Shown: positions 30,661-41,396 of the stretch, piece by piece
Position numbering within the stretch: the first letter of the stretch is position 1
Layout of the letters: every line of letters starts with the position of its first letter
From: an uncultured Bacillus sp.
GTDB lineage: Bacteria; Bacillota; Bacilli; Bacillales; Cytobacillaceae
DNA: 64,000 nucleotides
Assembly (NCBI GenBank): GCA_963530265.1
Contig: CAUSCO010000026.1
Location: 5,138-69,137 of the forward strand
Direction: 5' to 3'
The notes under the pieces: model-generated
The model's input: the letters and a program-made list of their open reading frames with translations, nothing else
Told to the model about the DNA's origin: nothing
Database searches by the model: none
Position numbers and translations under genes: made by a program

Positions 30661-31098
30661 TTATGGATGCTTTATTTCCTCTTCCTCTGTACTGATAGGT
30701 CCTGCATATAGATTAATAAATAATATGTAAATTGGATAAAGAATGACAGACCCATAAATCAGAAGATTAAATCTCGGAAAAAGTGTTACTCCTGAACTAA
30801 GAGGTATTACAATAGTGAAAAAAGAGAAAAAAAGGATAAAATAAGGAAGCCACAGAAAGAGTGACCAATAGTTGTTTTTTCTACCAATCGTCCATATTTT
30901 TGTTAAGTAAATGAATAAAATCGTTGAAAGTAATAGTCCAATAACATTAATAACTGCAATTACAATGTAAACAGTATCCCATGCCCAGCCAGTTATACTA
31001 CTAATATGAGATACATTTATTATGAGTTCGATTGCAATGAACAACGCTAATCCATATATGGCACTTAGAGTATTTAACTTTATAAAAAACTTCATCAT
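30661..31098 (-). CDS. hypothetical 4-TM membrane protein
   Basis: AAGGAGGT RBS, four hydrophobic segments. Confidence 0.7.
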   Translation of the reverse strand: MMKFFIKLNTLSAIYGLALFIAIELIINVSHISSITGWAWDTVYIVIAVINVIGLLLSTILFIYLTKIWTIGRKNNYWSLFLWLPYFILFFSFFTIVIPLSSGVTLFPRFNLLIYGSVILYPIYILFINLYAGPISTEEEEIKHP

Positions 31099-31321
31099 AT
31101 ACCTCCTTGATTTAGAAACAGCATCTAACAACTCTAAGTTCAGTTCTTAATTCAATTATACTATAAGGAAACAAGCAGAAAAGTGAGCAAAAAAACGAAT
31201 GGAATTGAAAAACACAAGACGACAGCATAATTTATTTAAAAACTACAAGAACATCAAAAAAGCAATGCACTCGCATTGCTTTTTTCGTGGAACATTACCT
31301 GTGAAACAAGAAAATTCGGGC

Positions 31322-31334
31322 GGTGACAGGCACC
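31322..31334. repeat. REP-like palindrome, copy 3 (GGTGACAGGCACC)
   Basis: Reverse complement of copy 2, directly after the DUF1801 stop codon. Confidence 0.55.
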
Positions 31335-31754
31335 CTATTGTGGGTAAGTTTTTTGCAAAAAGGCAATTGATTCTTTGATTAATTGTTTTAGTACGTCTAC
31401 ATTGATGTCTGCTGCTTTGTTGATGTACACGCATCCTTTTCCCGATGTGTGTTTTCCAAAGTCCTTTAACAATTCTTCTCTTTTTGTTTGGCCTGGGGCG
31501 AAATACAAACTGATTTTTGCCTTTCGGGGTGAAAAGCCAACTAGCGGTGCATCGCCTTCGTGTCCAGACGCATATTTATAATGATACGATCCAAAACCAA
31601 TAATACTTGGTCCCCACATTTTTGCTGGATACCCAGTAGTTTCAGTAAATATATCTAATAATTGATAGGCATCTTCCCGTTTTTTGGGACTATCCACATT
31701 TTCAATAAACTCAATGACACTATTGTCGGTTTCTTTTGTCTTAAGTTCGTACAT
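31335..31754 (-). CDS. DUF1801-domain protein
   Basis: MWGPSIIGFG.YHY.Y.SGHEGD, GFSPRK, GKGCVYI. Confidence 0.88.
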   Translation of the reverse strand: MYELKTKETDNSVIEFIENVDSPKKREDAYQLLDIFTETTGYPAKMWGPSIIGFGSYHYKYASGHEGDAPLVGFSPRKAKISLYFAPGQTKREELLKDFGKHTSGKGCVYINKAADINVDVLKQLIKESIAFLQKTYPQ

Positions 31755-31932
31755 TACGATAACTCTCCTTTTCATAGAGATTCTTATGATTTGAGGTTAG
31801 ATTAATGATATGTCTATAATAATATACTACATTAAATACATTTTTTCCTTCTCATACTCTATATTACGATAAGCAGTTAGAAAAAAAGACAACGCCTGTT
31901 GATGAGGTCGTTGCCTTTCGTCTTTCGTTCTA

Positions 31933-33180
31933 TTAACTTGCTTTTGTACTTGGTGATAGGCTGCGAATTTCCTTGTGGTTCTTTTTATCTTTCGTTTTAG
32001 GATTCCCATTACCTGGAGACTTGATGATCATGGCAATAAGAACAGAGATGATACTTAAGACAGCAATCAGTTTAAAGGTAGGTATGAAACCTCCTAGGGA
32101 AGAAGCAATAAATGATCCAGAGATGGCACCAAGACCGAAGCCTTGATAAATGATCCCATAGTTTTTTTCCTGATTTTTCAAGCCAAAGAAATCTGCTACA
32201 ATGGCTGGGAATACAGTGATATTACCACCAAAACAGAAGGCAATTGCGGCGACACTTGTAAAGAATAACCCATAATTCAATTTAACAAAACTTAATACCG
32301 TTACTGCCGCTGCTGTTACTAGTAGTGCGCCTGATACCACTTTTAACCGGCCCACTTTATCAGATAATGCTCCAAGGATAATACGTCCACTTGTATTAAA
32401 AATCGCCACTAAAGCTACAGCATTACTTGCTGCTGCAATATCAAGTCCAGCCAATTTAACACCTATGTCTTTCACTATTCCGATTAAGAATAAGCCACTC
32501 ATACATGCTGTAAAAAAAATCACAAATAATAAATAGGCTTCCTTCGTTTTCAGCATTTCTTTGACAGTGAAATCCTTCTGGATCCTGCCATTTACAGTTT
32601 TTGGCTCCTGACTAATTTTTGCTTCCCGTACAAGGAATGAACCTCCTACGACCAAAATCAGGACAATTAATCCCCAGTAAAAAAAGGCTTGGGAAACACC
32701 AACCGATTGAATTAGTGACCCGTTAATAAACTTGAATAACAGACTTCCTGTTCCATACGCTCCAACAGAGATTCCAGAAATAAGTCCTTTTCTTTCCGGA
32801 AACCATTTAATTAAATTAGATAACGATGTAATGTAGGCTGTTCCATCTGCTGCCCCTACAACAACACCTGCCAAAATGTAAAGTATCCACAATGATGATG
32901 CCTGAGAACTGATCATTAGTCCTGCTCCGAGCACAATACCGGCACAAGCGATTAATCGGCGAAGTCCCCATTTATCTTGCAGCTTTCCGGCAAACAAAGT
33001 AGACAATGCCAAGGCTAAGCTGGTTATGGAAAAAGTAAAAGCAACAGAATTTAACTTCCATCCAAAGTGGTCTACTAACGGCTGGTTAAAGAGGCTCCAC
33101 GTGTAGATCGTACCTAACCCCATCTGCACGATGATTGTCCCTAAGACAATCAACCATCGACGATCTGTACTTGTTTTCAT
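31933..33180 (-). CDS. OFA-family MFS transporter (YhjX-like)
   Basis: LGTIYTWSLFN, KWFPERKGL, GNITVFPAIV.DFFG. Confidence 0.9.
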   Translation of the reverse strand: MKTSTDRRWLIVLGTIIVQMGLGTIYTWSLFNQPLVDHFGWKLNSVAFTFSITSLALALSTLFAGKLQDKWGLRRLIACAGIVLGAGLMISSQASSLWILYILAGVVVGAADGTAYITSLSNLIKWFPERKGLISGISVGAYGTGSLLFKFINGSLIQSVGVSQAFFYWGLIVLILVVGGSFLVREAKISQEPKTVNGRIQKDFTVKEMLKTKEAYLLFVIFFTACMSGLFLIGIVKDIGVKLAGLDIAAASNAVALVAIFNTSGRIILGALSDKVGRLKVVSGALLVTAAAVTVLSFVKLNYGLFFTSVAAIAFCFGGNITVFPAIVADFFGLKNQEKNYGIIYQGFGLGAISGSFIASSLGGFIPTFKLIAVLSIISVLIAMIIKSPGNGNPKTKDKKNHKEIRSLSPSTKAS

Positions 33181-33282
33181 TGCAATCTCCTCTTTTCTTT
33201 CGTATATATGGTTATGTTCATCATTAGAAATCTTTTATATGATGATAATACCACCGAAAAAAAGATGGAAACCGTTTTCAGA

Positions 33283-33313
33283 ATGAAATGCCTACTATTC
33301 GGAATGAATGGAG
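33283..33313 (-). promoter_or_regulatory. LytTR (YpdB-type) direct-repeat operator
   Basis: CTCCATTCAT-N11-GGCATTTCAT upstream of the MFS gene. Confidence 0.7.
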
Positions 33314-33314
33314 G

Positions 33315-34082
33315 TTATAGCTGCATAATTTGTCGAAAAGCTTTTACTTTGCTTCTACTGACCGGAATTTCCACTGTAATATCCTTCAAACGCACCATAT
33401 AGGTTTGATTAAACCATGGCACAATTTCATGAATTTTAGTCAAATTAACTGTATAGGATCGGTGACATCGAAAGAAAAGGTCCTCAGGAAGTAGAGATTG
33501 GAATTCTGTGATGCTCATCGGCATAGTATACTCCTCCTTCTGAGTATAAACCATGGTTACCTTTTCACTTGCTACAGCGTAATAAATGTCGTTTACATCC
33601 GTTACAATAATTTTATCGTTCTTCTTTAAATTGATACGATTTGAGGCCTTTGTATGTGTTTCTCCTCCCAGAACATGTGCAGGCTGATTTTTTTCTGGAA
33701 TGATCGCTTGTGTCTGTTCTCGTATGTAGGCAGATTCCAGCCTATTTAACATCGCGGCAATCCGTTTTTCATCATAGGGCTTTAAAACATAATCAAAGGC
33801 CTCTAGTTCAAATGCCTGTGCCGCATGCTCCTTATAGGCAGTGGTAAATACAATGTACGGTCTTTTTGTAAATTTACTTATGGTACTAGCTAATAGCATC
33901 CCATCAAGAGACGGAATATTAATATCCAAGAAAATCACATCTGTTTCTTGCCCCTGCAAAAATTTTAATACATCCAAACCATCATCAAAGAAATCAGTGA
34001 CTTCGATGTCACTATAAGTTTCGACTAAATACTTCAGTTCCTCACGAGCTGGAACTTCATCTTCCACAATAATTGCTTTCAT
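33315..34082 (-). CDS. LytTR response regulator (YpdB-like)
   Basis: REC domain [16 protein letters not shown]; Lyt[16 protein letters not shown]. Confidence 0.92.
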   Translation of the reverse strand: MKAIIVEDEVPAREELKYLVETYSDIEVTDFFDDGLDVLKFLQGQETDVIFLDINIPSLDGMLLASTISKFTKRPYIVFTTAYKEHAAQAFELEAFDYVLKPYDEKRIAAMLNRLESAYIREQTQAIIPEKNQPAHVLGGETHTKASNRINLKKNDKIIVTDVNDIYYAVASEKVTMVYTQKEEYTMPMSITEFQSLLPEDLFFRCHRSYTVNLTKIHEIVPWFNQTYMVRLKDITVEIPVSRSKVKAFRQIMQL

Positions 34083-35743
34083 TGGTGGTTCTCCTTTTCA
34101 ATATCAAAAAAAACTTCAGTTCCAGGGAATAGACGGTGTATCACCAAACCATTTCCATAGATTAGTTTCACTCGCTGGTGAACATTATATAAGCCAATTT
34201 TGTTGGGCGGTACATCATCCTGCTGCACCTGACGAATTACTTCTTCGCAGATCCCAGCACCTGTATCTTTGACACTTACTCTTACTTTGTCCCCCAAATC
34301 TTTAACCGCAATCGTCACAACACCTGGACCTTTTACCTTAAGAATGCCATGAATAATGGCATTCTCGACTAATGGTTGAATGAGTAGGCTGGGAATGCTT
34401 ACATTCACATTGTCGATATCATATTCAACCGTCAATCGACTGCCAAAACGGGCCTTCTCTATTTCAACATAATCCCGGACTTGCTGTAACTCTTTTTGGA
34501 TATCAATTAATTCATCACTCACCTCTAAATTGTATCGCATATAGCCAGAAAGATTGATAATCAATTCACGCGCTTTTTCGGGACTCCTTCGTGTTGTTGA
34601 GGCGATGGCATTCAGTGCATTAAACAGAAAATGCGGATTAATCTTCGTTTGCAGTGCCTTCAGTTCCGCCTTGTTAGCACCTTCCTTAATTTGTTCAATC
34701 CGGGAAATCTCCATAAGCGTGGATATAATTTGTGATAGACCGATGGCCATCGTTTGCAGTGAATAGGACATCTTATAGGCCTTCTGGTAATAGATTTTGA
34801 GTGTTCCTGTTACCTCACCATGCTCCTCAAACGGCATAATGAGGAGGGAGTGGATTTGTGGTGTCTTTTCATCGGTCACATTATTCCGGATAATAATTTT
34901 TCCACTGTGAATGGCCTCTTTTGAAAAATCACTGATAATTTCCTGTCCAATTGAATATCGCTCTTCCCCAAACCCAACATATGCGAGTACATTATGGGTA
35001 TCCGTAATGGCTACTGCGTCGGCCTTTATATCGTTTTTAATAATAGTGCAAATCTTCCGCAAAGAATCAGAATTAATAGACCGAAAGTAAGGCAAGGTCT
35101 TGTTCGCAATATCTAATGCTAACTTTGCTTGTCTGGCAGCGATTATTTCCTTTTCACCCTCGACACTCATAACTAATAAGACAATCAGGCCTATGTTCAC
35201 CTCTCCAACAATCATTGGGAAGGCAATTTTAGAAACGATATCAAACCCCAATTCAAACGGATTTGCCATTGCAAGAATCAGCAGCATCGTTAAGACTTCG
35301 CAAAACATTCCTGCTGCTATTCCATAAACCCAACGTAACGTTCTCTTCACTCTTCGGTTAATATACCCAGATACAATCCCAGCAATAATGCTTGTAATTA
35401 GGCATGGGATTGATGTAATCCCTCCAATATCAATCAAATATCGATGCACACCCGAAACAATGCCGGTAATGATTCCTACCCACGGTCCAAATAAAATACC
35501 GCCTGACACGACAGCGATAATCCTGACATTTACGAGTGAACCTTCCACATTAATCCCTGAATACGTGCCAAAAATTGCAAATAAGCAAAACACAAGTGTA
35601 ATAACAACGTGCTCTATAGGGGAATGACTGTTCTTTTGCAAGGATTCCTTGAATCGTGGGATACGTATCATAAAAAACAGGCAGATCAAGAGGAGTGCAG
35701 CCCGTTCAAATAAGTTGATTAGCATATCTATTGATGTATTCAT
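34079..35743 (-). CDS. LytS/YehU-family sensor kinase (YpdA-like)
   Basis: 5TM-LYT N-terminus, [25 protein letters not shown] overlap with the regulator. Confidence 0.92.
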   Translation of the reverse strand: MNTSIDMLINLFERAALLLICLFFMIRIPRFKESLQKNSHSPIEHVVITLVFCLFAIFGTYSGINVEGSLVNVRIIAVVSGGILFGPWVGIITGIVSGVHRYLIDIGGITSIPCLITSIIAGIVSGYINRRVKRTLRWVYGIAAGMFCEVLTMLLILAMANPFELGFDIVSKIAFPMIVGEVNIGLIVLLVMSVEGEKEIIAARQAKLALDIANKTLPYFRSINSDSLRKICTIIKNDIKADAVAITDTHNVLAYVGFGEERYSIGQEIISDFSKEAIHSGKIIIRNNVTDEKTPQIHSLLIMPFEEHGEVTGTLKIYYQKAYKMSYSLQTMAIGLSQIISTLMEISRIEQIKEGANKAELKALQTKINPHFLFNALNAIASTTRRSPEKARELIINLSGYMRYNLEVSDELIDIQKELQQVRDYVEIEKARFGSRLTVEYDIDNVNVSIPSLLIQPLVENAIIHGILKVKGPGVVTIAVKDLGDKVRVSVKDTGAGICEEVIRQVQQDDVPPNKIGLYNVHQRVKLIYGNGLVIHRLFPGTEVFFDIEKENHQ

Positions 35744-36074
35744 GTAACATTCCTCTCTATAAGATTTGTTCTGACAGTTTAGTCTCTTACATATATACCA
35801 ATATAGGGTTATTATGGTCTATTCTAATATTACTACTAAAAATGCTGTTCTTGTTCCATTCAAGCACTCTATAGCTAACAATTTATTTAAATTAAGTATG
35901 AGAATACAATTAAAATTCTATTTTTGTTGATTATGATAGTAAGTAAATTTTTAAAAATTTCTCTATTGATAAGGTGAGATATATTATTTATGATAAATAA
36001 TACTATATCTGTTAACCTATTCTTTCTTTTAGTTAACTTTTAAATCTATCAAACATGTCAAACTGGGGTGAATT

Positions 36075-36491
36075 ATGTATAAGCTACGAGGACATCATCT
36101 TTTTTGCCTTCTGGGCTATCGGGGAATGGGCTATTCCCAAGAATACGTGGAAAATATGACGCGTTTGCATCAAACTTTGCGAGACAACCCAAAAACATTG
36201 ATTCAGCTTGTAATTGGACCTGATCAGTTGTGTGAAAAGTACCCCAACTCAGGAGAATATCACTGCCAAGACGACAATATCTATGAAAGAGATGCAGCTA
36301 TTTTAAAGAAAATGGAGCTTAAAATCGGACAAATTCTGAATTGGGAGGACATTGAGTCGCATATCCGAAAGCATATCATCCCCTCTGATATACAAACCGT
36401 CTGTGAAACCTGTTCCTGGCGTTCTTATGGGGTTTGCGAAGAAGGAATTCAAGAGATTCTTGAAGGGAAGGGCTTAAGGGAAGTTAGATAA
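36075..36491 (+). CDS. DUF1284-family Cys/His metal-binding protein
   Basis: LRGHHLFC..Y.G.GYS, D..C..YP, C..C.W...C. Confidence 0.85.
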   Translation: MYKLRGHHLFCLLGYRGMGYSQEYVENMTRLHQTLRDNPKTLIQLVIGPDQLCEKYPNSGEYHCQDDNIYERDAAILKKMELKIGQILNWEDIESHIRKHIIPSDIQTVCETCSWRSYGVCEEGIQEILEGKGLREVR

Positions 36492-36721
36492 GCTCTACAT
36501 TTAGATTCATCAAGACTTAAATTTAAATAATATCCAATAATAAATAAAAGGAAGGACACAACATATTTTATAAGTCTAATATGTTATGGCCTTCCTTTTT
36601 CAACTAAACACCCGGTAGTTTCAGTACAATTCTTCACAATCTTACAAGACCTATAAAAAAGGCTGCTCAAAAGAATTATGAATTACAACTCTTTTGAAGC
36701 AGACTGGCATTAACAATTTAT

Positions 36722-37660
36722 CTAAAATGATAGTTTTAATGACTCCAGATTTTTTTTCATAACACCTATATAGTCTAATCCTTGTTCTTGCTCTTCTTTC
36801 GTTAATCCTTCTAATGGATTTAAGACTTCAGTTTTAGCGCCTATTTCTTTTGCTAATGTCTTCGCCACTTTTGCAGAGGTCATCTCCTCAAAATAAATAA
36901 CCTTTACATTTTTCTTCTTTGTTAATTCTGTTAATTCAGCTAATTTCCCCAATGTTGGCTCAACATCAGGTGATAATCCAGCAATAGGAATTTGAGTTAA
37001 GCCATATTGTTTTGCCAAATATCCAAAAGCAGCGTGTTGTGTAACAAATTCTTTATTCTGTGCTTTATCAATAGTCTCTTTATATAAACGATCTAAATCG
37101 GCGAGCTCCGAATTTAATGCAGCAGCATTTTTTTGAAACTGGTCTTTATTTTTTGGATCTGCCTGCTCTAAAGCCTTAGCTATATTGTCAACTTCCTGCT
37201 GAGCTAATACAGGAGAAAGCCAGACATGAGGATCTATAGAAGACGTATGTTCGGAATGCTGAGTATCCTTTTCCTCTGAATCTAGTGCATCCATCAATTC
37301 AATTCCATTTGAAGCCTCAACAACATTTAAATTAGAATCATTAATACTCTTAAATACTTTTTCAGTCCAAGTTTCAAAGTTACGGTTATTGTAAACAAAT
37401 AAATCTGAATCTTGAATTTTAGCCATATCCTTTGCAGTTGGCTCCCAATCATGTGGTTCTACACCATTTGGTATTAGTAGTTCAACGTTAGCTGAACTGC
37501 CAGCCACCTTTTGAGTAAAATAATACATAGGATAAAAAGTAGTGACAATTTGTAGTTTTTTGGATTCTCCAATCGTTTTTTCACTATTGGTTGAAGCGGC
37601 GTTTGAACAGCCACTTACCATCAATAAAAAAATAATTAAAGGGCCTATCAGTCTTTTCAT
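36722..37660 (-). CDS. Zn ABC-transporter substrate-binding lipoprotein (AdcA/ZnuA-like)
   Basis: Lipobox VSGC, EPHDWEP, DPHVWL, H.AFGY. Confidence 0.92.
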   Translation of the reverse strand: MKRLIGPLIIFLLMVSGCSNAASTNSEKTIGESKKLQIVTTFYPMYYFTQKVAGSSANVELLIPNGVEPHDWEPTAKDMAKIQDSDLFVYNNRNFETWTEKVFKSINDSNLNVVEASNGIELMDALDSEEKDTQHSEHTSSIDPHVWLSPVLAQQEVDNIAKALEQADPKNKDQFQKNAAALNSELADLDRLYKETIDKAQNKEFVTQHAAFGYLAKQYGLTQIPIAGLSPDVEPTLGKLAELTELTKKKNVKVIYFEEMTSAKVAKTLAKEIGAKTEVLNPLEGLTKEEQEQGLDYIGVMKKNLESLKLSF

Positions 37661-37677
37661 GGTCCATTTACCTCCAT

Positions 37678-37795
37678 AGTAGGAATTATTACGATTTAAG
37701 GTGCATAATTATTTTGTATTGTTAAAGATTAATAGTTTTTAATAAAACGTAATTATTACGAATTAAATCATATAATGATTATGTATTTTTGTCAA
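37678..37795 (-). promoter_or_regulatory. sigmaA promoter with two Zur boxes
   Basis: TTGACA-N17-TATGAT; AAAACGTAATTATTACGAATT (37744-37764) and a weaker box at 37678-37697. Confidence 0.85.
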
Positions 37796-37975
37796 TACTG
37801 TTTATAACGGAAGTAATTCTCATGGTAGTTTAACAGTCCCCCTCTAGTATACTGCACATTTTGTTCGTAATGTGCAGTAAACTAATTAAAAAAATAGGTA
37901 TCAAACTAGTCCACATAAAAAAAGTTTACATAGACTAATGGTGACACAAGACAAATTCACATGGAGGTTATTTTA

Positions 37976-38335
37976 ATGAAGAATAGAAATATTGGTTATG
38001 GTGGTTTACCAGCCGCCAACATGCCTGGACAATTCGGTGCACCGCTAGGATATGGATGTGCCCCTGCTCCTCAATACTGCCCACCACAAGTGTTTCCGGC
38101 ACAGTATGATCCCCCACTAGTTTCGCCTGGGCAGCAATATGTAAAGACAAATTTATTTAATAAAGTAGTAACGCATGTACATCCCTCTCACACGACTACA
38201 GTCAACAAGCAAATGATTAATCATCAACACTATTTCCCACATACCGAATCGTGTGTAAATGAATGTTGTGAAACACATACGATGTGCGGTGTTCCTGTTA
38301 ATCCTTGTTGTCCGCAAAGTCCATTTGGATTCTAG
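37976..38335 (+). CDS. cotD: spore coat protein, CotD family
   Basis: V.HVHPSHTTTVN...HQHYFPHTES signature; Cys/Pro-rich; CATAGACT sigmaK-like -10 upstream. Confidence 0.82.
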   Translation: MKNRNIGYGGLPAANMPGQFGAPLGYGCAPAPQYCPPQVFPAQYDPPLVSPGQQYVKTNLFNKVVTHVHPSHTTTVNKQMINHQHYFPHTESCVNECCETHTMCGVPVNPCCPQSPFGF

Positions 38336-38524
38336 CTTCTTGTAGCCTCCCGTTTAAGGGGGGCTCTTTTTAGCAAATAATACCTTAATAATGGGTACAA
38401 CTAACTATTTAAAAAAAAACAAATAAGCGCCACTTTTGGACGAGTCCATTAAGAAGCGCTTGATGGTTAACTATACTTATCTAAGAGGAGCATTCATTCC
38501 ACTTTCAAAAGATTTAAAGTCAAC

Positions 38525-39391
38525 TCAAGTAAAAACAATGGTTTTATTTCCATGAACAATTACTTTATCTTCAACATGCCAGGAAACGGCTTCGGCAAGA
38601 ACCCTTTTTTCCACATGACGTCCCGCAATCTTTAAATCTGCTTGCGTATAGCGATGATTAATCCTCTGTACATCTTGCTCAATAATTGGACCCTCATCTA
38701 AATCATTGTTTACATAGTGTGCAGTAGCTCCAATTAACTTCACTCCGCGGTTAAACGCTTGTACATAAGGGTTCGCTCCAATAAATGCTGGTAAGAAAGA
38801 GTGATGGATGTTAATGATTTGGTTTGGAAACTTAGAAATAAAATAGGGGGAAAGAATTTGCATGTATCTCGCCAGTACAATAAAGTCTACTTTCCCCTTC
38901 AATAGTTCTAATGCTTCCTGTTCTGCATCTTCTTTTGTTTCTTTCGTCAATGGAATATGATAAAAAGGGATTCCGTAACTCTCAACTACTTCTTTTAAAT
39001 CCACATGATTACTGATCACCATAGGGATTTCCACTGGAATTTCCTTCGATTTCCACCGCCAAATAAGTTCCATAAGACAATGATCTGTTTTTGAAACAAA
39101 GATAGCCATTCGCTTCCTTTTTTCTTTACTGCTCAACTGCCAATCCAGAGCATATTCTGGCGCCATCACATGTAAATCATGTTCAAGTTTTTTAAATGAA
39201 GAATCGAAGTCTTCCAAATGAAATTCTATCCGCATAAAAAATTGGCCTGCATGTGGATCTGTGGTATGTTGGTCAAAATGCACAATGTTAGCTTTGTGTT
39301 CTAATAAAAAGTTAGTTACCGTCGAGATAATACCAGGCTTTTCTGGACAAGAAATTAATAATTTGGCACAATTAACATTTCGTTCTAACAC
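38525..39391 (-). CDS. purU: formyltetrahydrofolate deformylase
   Basis: ACT N-terminus, FFMRIEF, VLARYMQIL, INIHHSFLPAF.GA.PY. Confidence 0.95.
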   Translation of the reverse strand: MLERNVNCAKLLISCPEKPGIISTVTNFLLEHKANIVHFDQHTTDPHAGQFFMRIEFHLEDFDSSFKKLEHDLHVMAPEYALDWQLSSKEKRKRMAIFVSKTDHCLMELIWRWKSKEIPVEIPMVISNHVDLKEVVESYGIPFYHIPLTKETKEDAEQEALELLKGKVDFIVLARYMQILSPYFISKFPNQIINIHHSFLPAFIGANPYVQAFNRGVKLIGATAHYVNNDLDEGPIIEQDVQRINHRYTQADLKIAGRHVEKRVLAEAVSWHVEDKVIVHGNKTIVFT

Positions 39392-39466
39392 AATGCATTT
39401 CCTCCATTCATATGAAATTTATACTACTCGTTCTGTACCTCTTTCTTGCATCATAGCATCCTTCGA

Positions 39467-39772
39467 TTAATCTATTTCAATTGCACATGCACTTGAAGCA
39501 AAACTCTCTCCTACGAGAAAGCCATGTTCATCGGAATAATCAATTTGCGTTTCTTCATCTAAATAACGTTTTGTAAAGCGATCTATCCGAAACTGGATCC
39601 CATTATATTCAATGACCGTATCGTTTCGTCGCAGTTCATCAAAAACAAGCGAAAATTTGACAGATAGGCCGCATCCGCCAGCTACATCGGCATCAATTCG
39701 AGGAAAGTGTTCTCCCTTCAACTCCATTGCTTTTAGCTTGTTCCATGCAGCTTCTGTTAATGTTATAACCAT
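39467..39772 (-). CDS. HesB/IscA-like Fe-S cluster biosynthesis family protein
   Basis: ITLTEAA, GGCG, D......G..F.ID, IDY; lacks the canonical C-terminal CGCG. Confidence 0.7.
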   Translation of the reverse strand: MVITLTEAAWNKLKAMELKGEHFPRIDADVAGGCGLSVKFSLVFDELRRNDTVIEYNGIQFRIDRFTKRYLDEETQIDYSDEHGFLVGESFASSACAIEID

Positions 39773-39911
39773 CGAATCCTCTCCCTCTCGTCGATGTCCA
39801 ATCTATGAACAGTCATGAAGTTTTGGTTATTTTTAAACCACCAAGAATGACAGTGTAAGAAGATTCATGTCTCCTAACATTCATTCCCGGTGGCTTTTGT
39901 TCAATTATTAT

Positions 39912-41396
39912 TTATGACTTTACGGTTTCTCTCTTTACTTCTTCTTCTTTTGTATAACGTAAAATTGGTTGTCTTGCTGCTTGTACTTCGTCCAATCGAC
40001 CAATAACCGTAGTATGTGGTGCATCTAATACGATACCTGGATTTTCTTCCACTTCTTTAGCAATTTGAATCATCACATCCGCAAAAGCATCCATTGTTTC
40101 TTTTGACTCTGTTTCTGTTGGTTCAATCATCAAACATTCCTCTACATTAAGTGGGAAGTAGATGGTAGGTGGATGGTAACCAAAATCAAGGAGACGTTTT
40201 GCCATATCAAGTGTTCTTACACCAAGCTTCTTCTGTCTAGAACCAGATAACACAAATTCATGCTTACAAATTTGTGAATACGGTGCATCAAAATACGGCT
40301 CAAGTTTTTTGCGCAAATAATTCGCATGAAGCACTGCACTTTCCGACACTTGACGTAACCCTTCAGCCCCCATTGTGCGAATATACGTGTACGCACGCAA
40401 TAGAATACCAAAGTTTCCATAATACCCTTTAACTCGACCAATAGAAAGCGGTTGGTTGAAATCTAGCACATATTCCTCATCCACTTTTTCAACCCGCGGT
40501 ACTGGTAAAAACTGAATCAGTTTCTCTTTAACACCGACTGGACCTGCACCTGGGCCGCCACCGCCATGAGGTGTTGTAAATGTTTTGTGAAGATTTAAAT
40601 GCACAATGTCAAAGCCCATTTGACCTGGAGTTGTTTTCCCTAAGATAGCATTGGCATTGGCTCCATCATAATATAATAAGCCGCCTGCTTCATGAACAAC
40701 CTTGGCGATTTCTACGATTTCCTTTTCAAAAAGCCCGAGGGTATTCGGATTTGTAAGCATCAACGCTGCTGTATGATCATCTACATGCTTCTTTAATTCT
40801 TCTAAGTCGACTAACCCATGCTCATTGGATGGAATTGTTATGGTATCAAAACCAGCAACCGATGCACTTGCAGGGTTTGTTCCGTGTGCGGAGTCTGGTA
40901 CAAGAACTTTCGTTCTCGTCTCGCCTTTTTGTTTATGGTAAGCTTTGACCATCATTAACCCTGTCCATTCACCTTGAGCTCCTGCTGAAGGCTGTAATGT
41001 CACTGCATCCATTCCTGTAATGACAGCTAACTCTTCTTGTAATTCATATAAGACCTCTAGCGCACCTTGTACCGTTCCAGTTGGCTGGTATGGATGAATA
41101 CGGCTAAACCCTTCCAATCGTGCTACGTCTTCATTTATTTTCGGATTGTACTTCATCGTACAAGAGCCAAGTGGATAAAAGCCATTATCGATCCCATGGT
41201 TTTTATTCGAAAGCGCTGTGTAATGACGAACAAGCTGTAACTCTGATACTTCCGGGAGTTCTGCTGGTACGTCACGAATCAAATGCTTCGGAAGTTTATC
41301 ATTTATATCAACATAATCAACATCACTTTGTGGAAGGCTTGCACCAACACGTCCTTGACGACTGATTTCAAAAATTAGATCATTATAATCAACCAT
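39912..41396 (-). CDS. gcvPB: glycine decarboxylase P protein subunit 2
   Basis: [27 protein letters not shown]. Confidence 0.96.
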   Translation of the reverse strand: MVDYNDLIFEISRQGRVGASLPQSDVDYVDINDKLPKHLIRDVPAELPEVSELQLVRHYTALSNKNHGIDNGFYPLGSCTMKYNPKINEDVARLEGFSRIHPYQPTGTVQGALEVLYELQEELAVITGMDAVTLQPSAGAQGEWTGLMMVKAYHKQKGETRTKVLVPDSAHGTNPASASVAGFDTITIPSNEHGLVDLEELKKHVDDHTAALMLTNPNTLGLFEKEIVEIAKVVHEAGGLLYYDGANANAILGKTTPGQMGFDIVHLNLHKTFTTPHGGGGPGAGPVGVKEKLIQFLPVPRVEKVDEEYVLDFNQPLSIGRVKGYYGNFGILLRAYTYIRTMGAEGLRQVSESAVLHANYLRKKLEPYFDAPYSQICKHEFVLSGSRQKKLGVRTLDMAKRLLDFGYHPPTIYFPLNVEECLMIEPTETESKETMDAFADVMIQIAKEVEENPGIVLDAPHTTVIGRLDEVQAARQPILRYTKEEEVKRETVKS

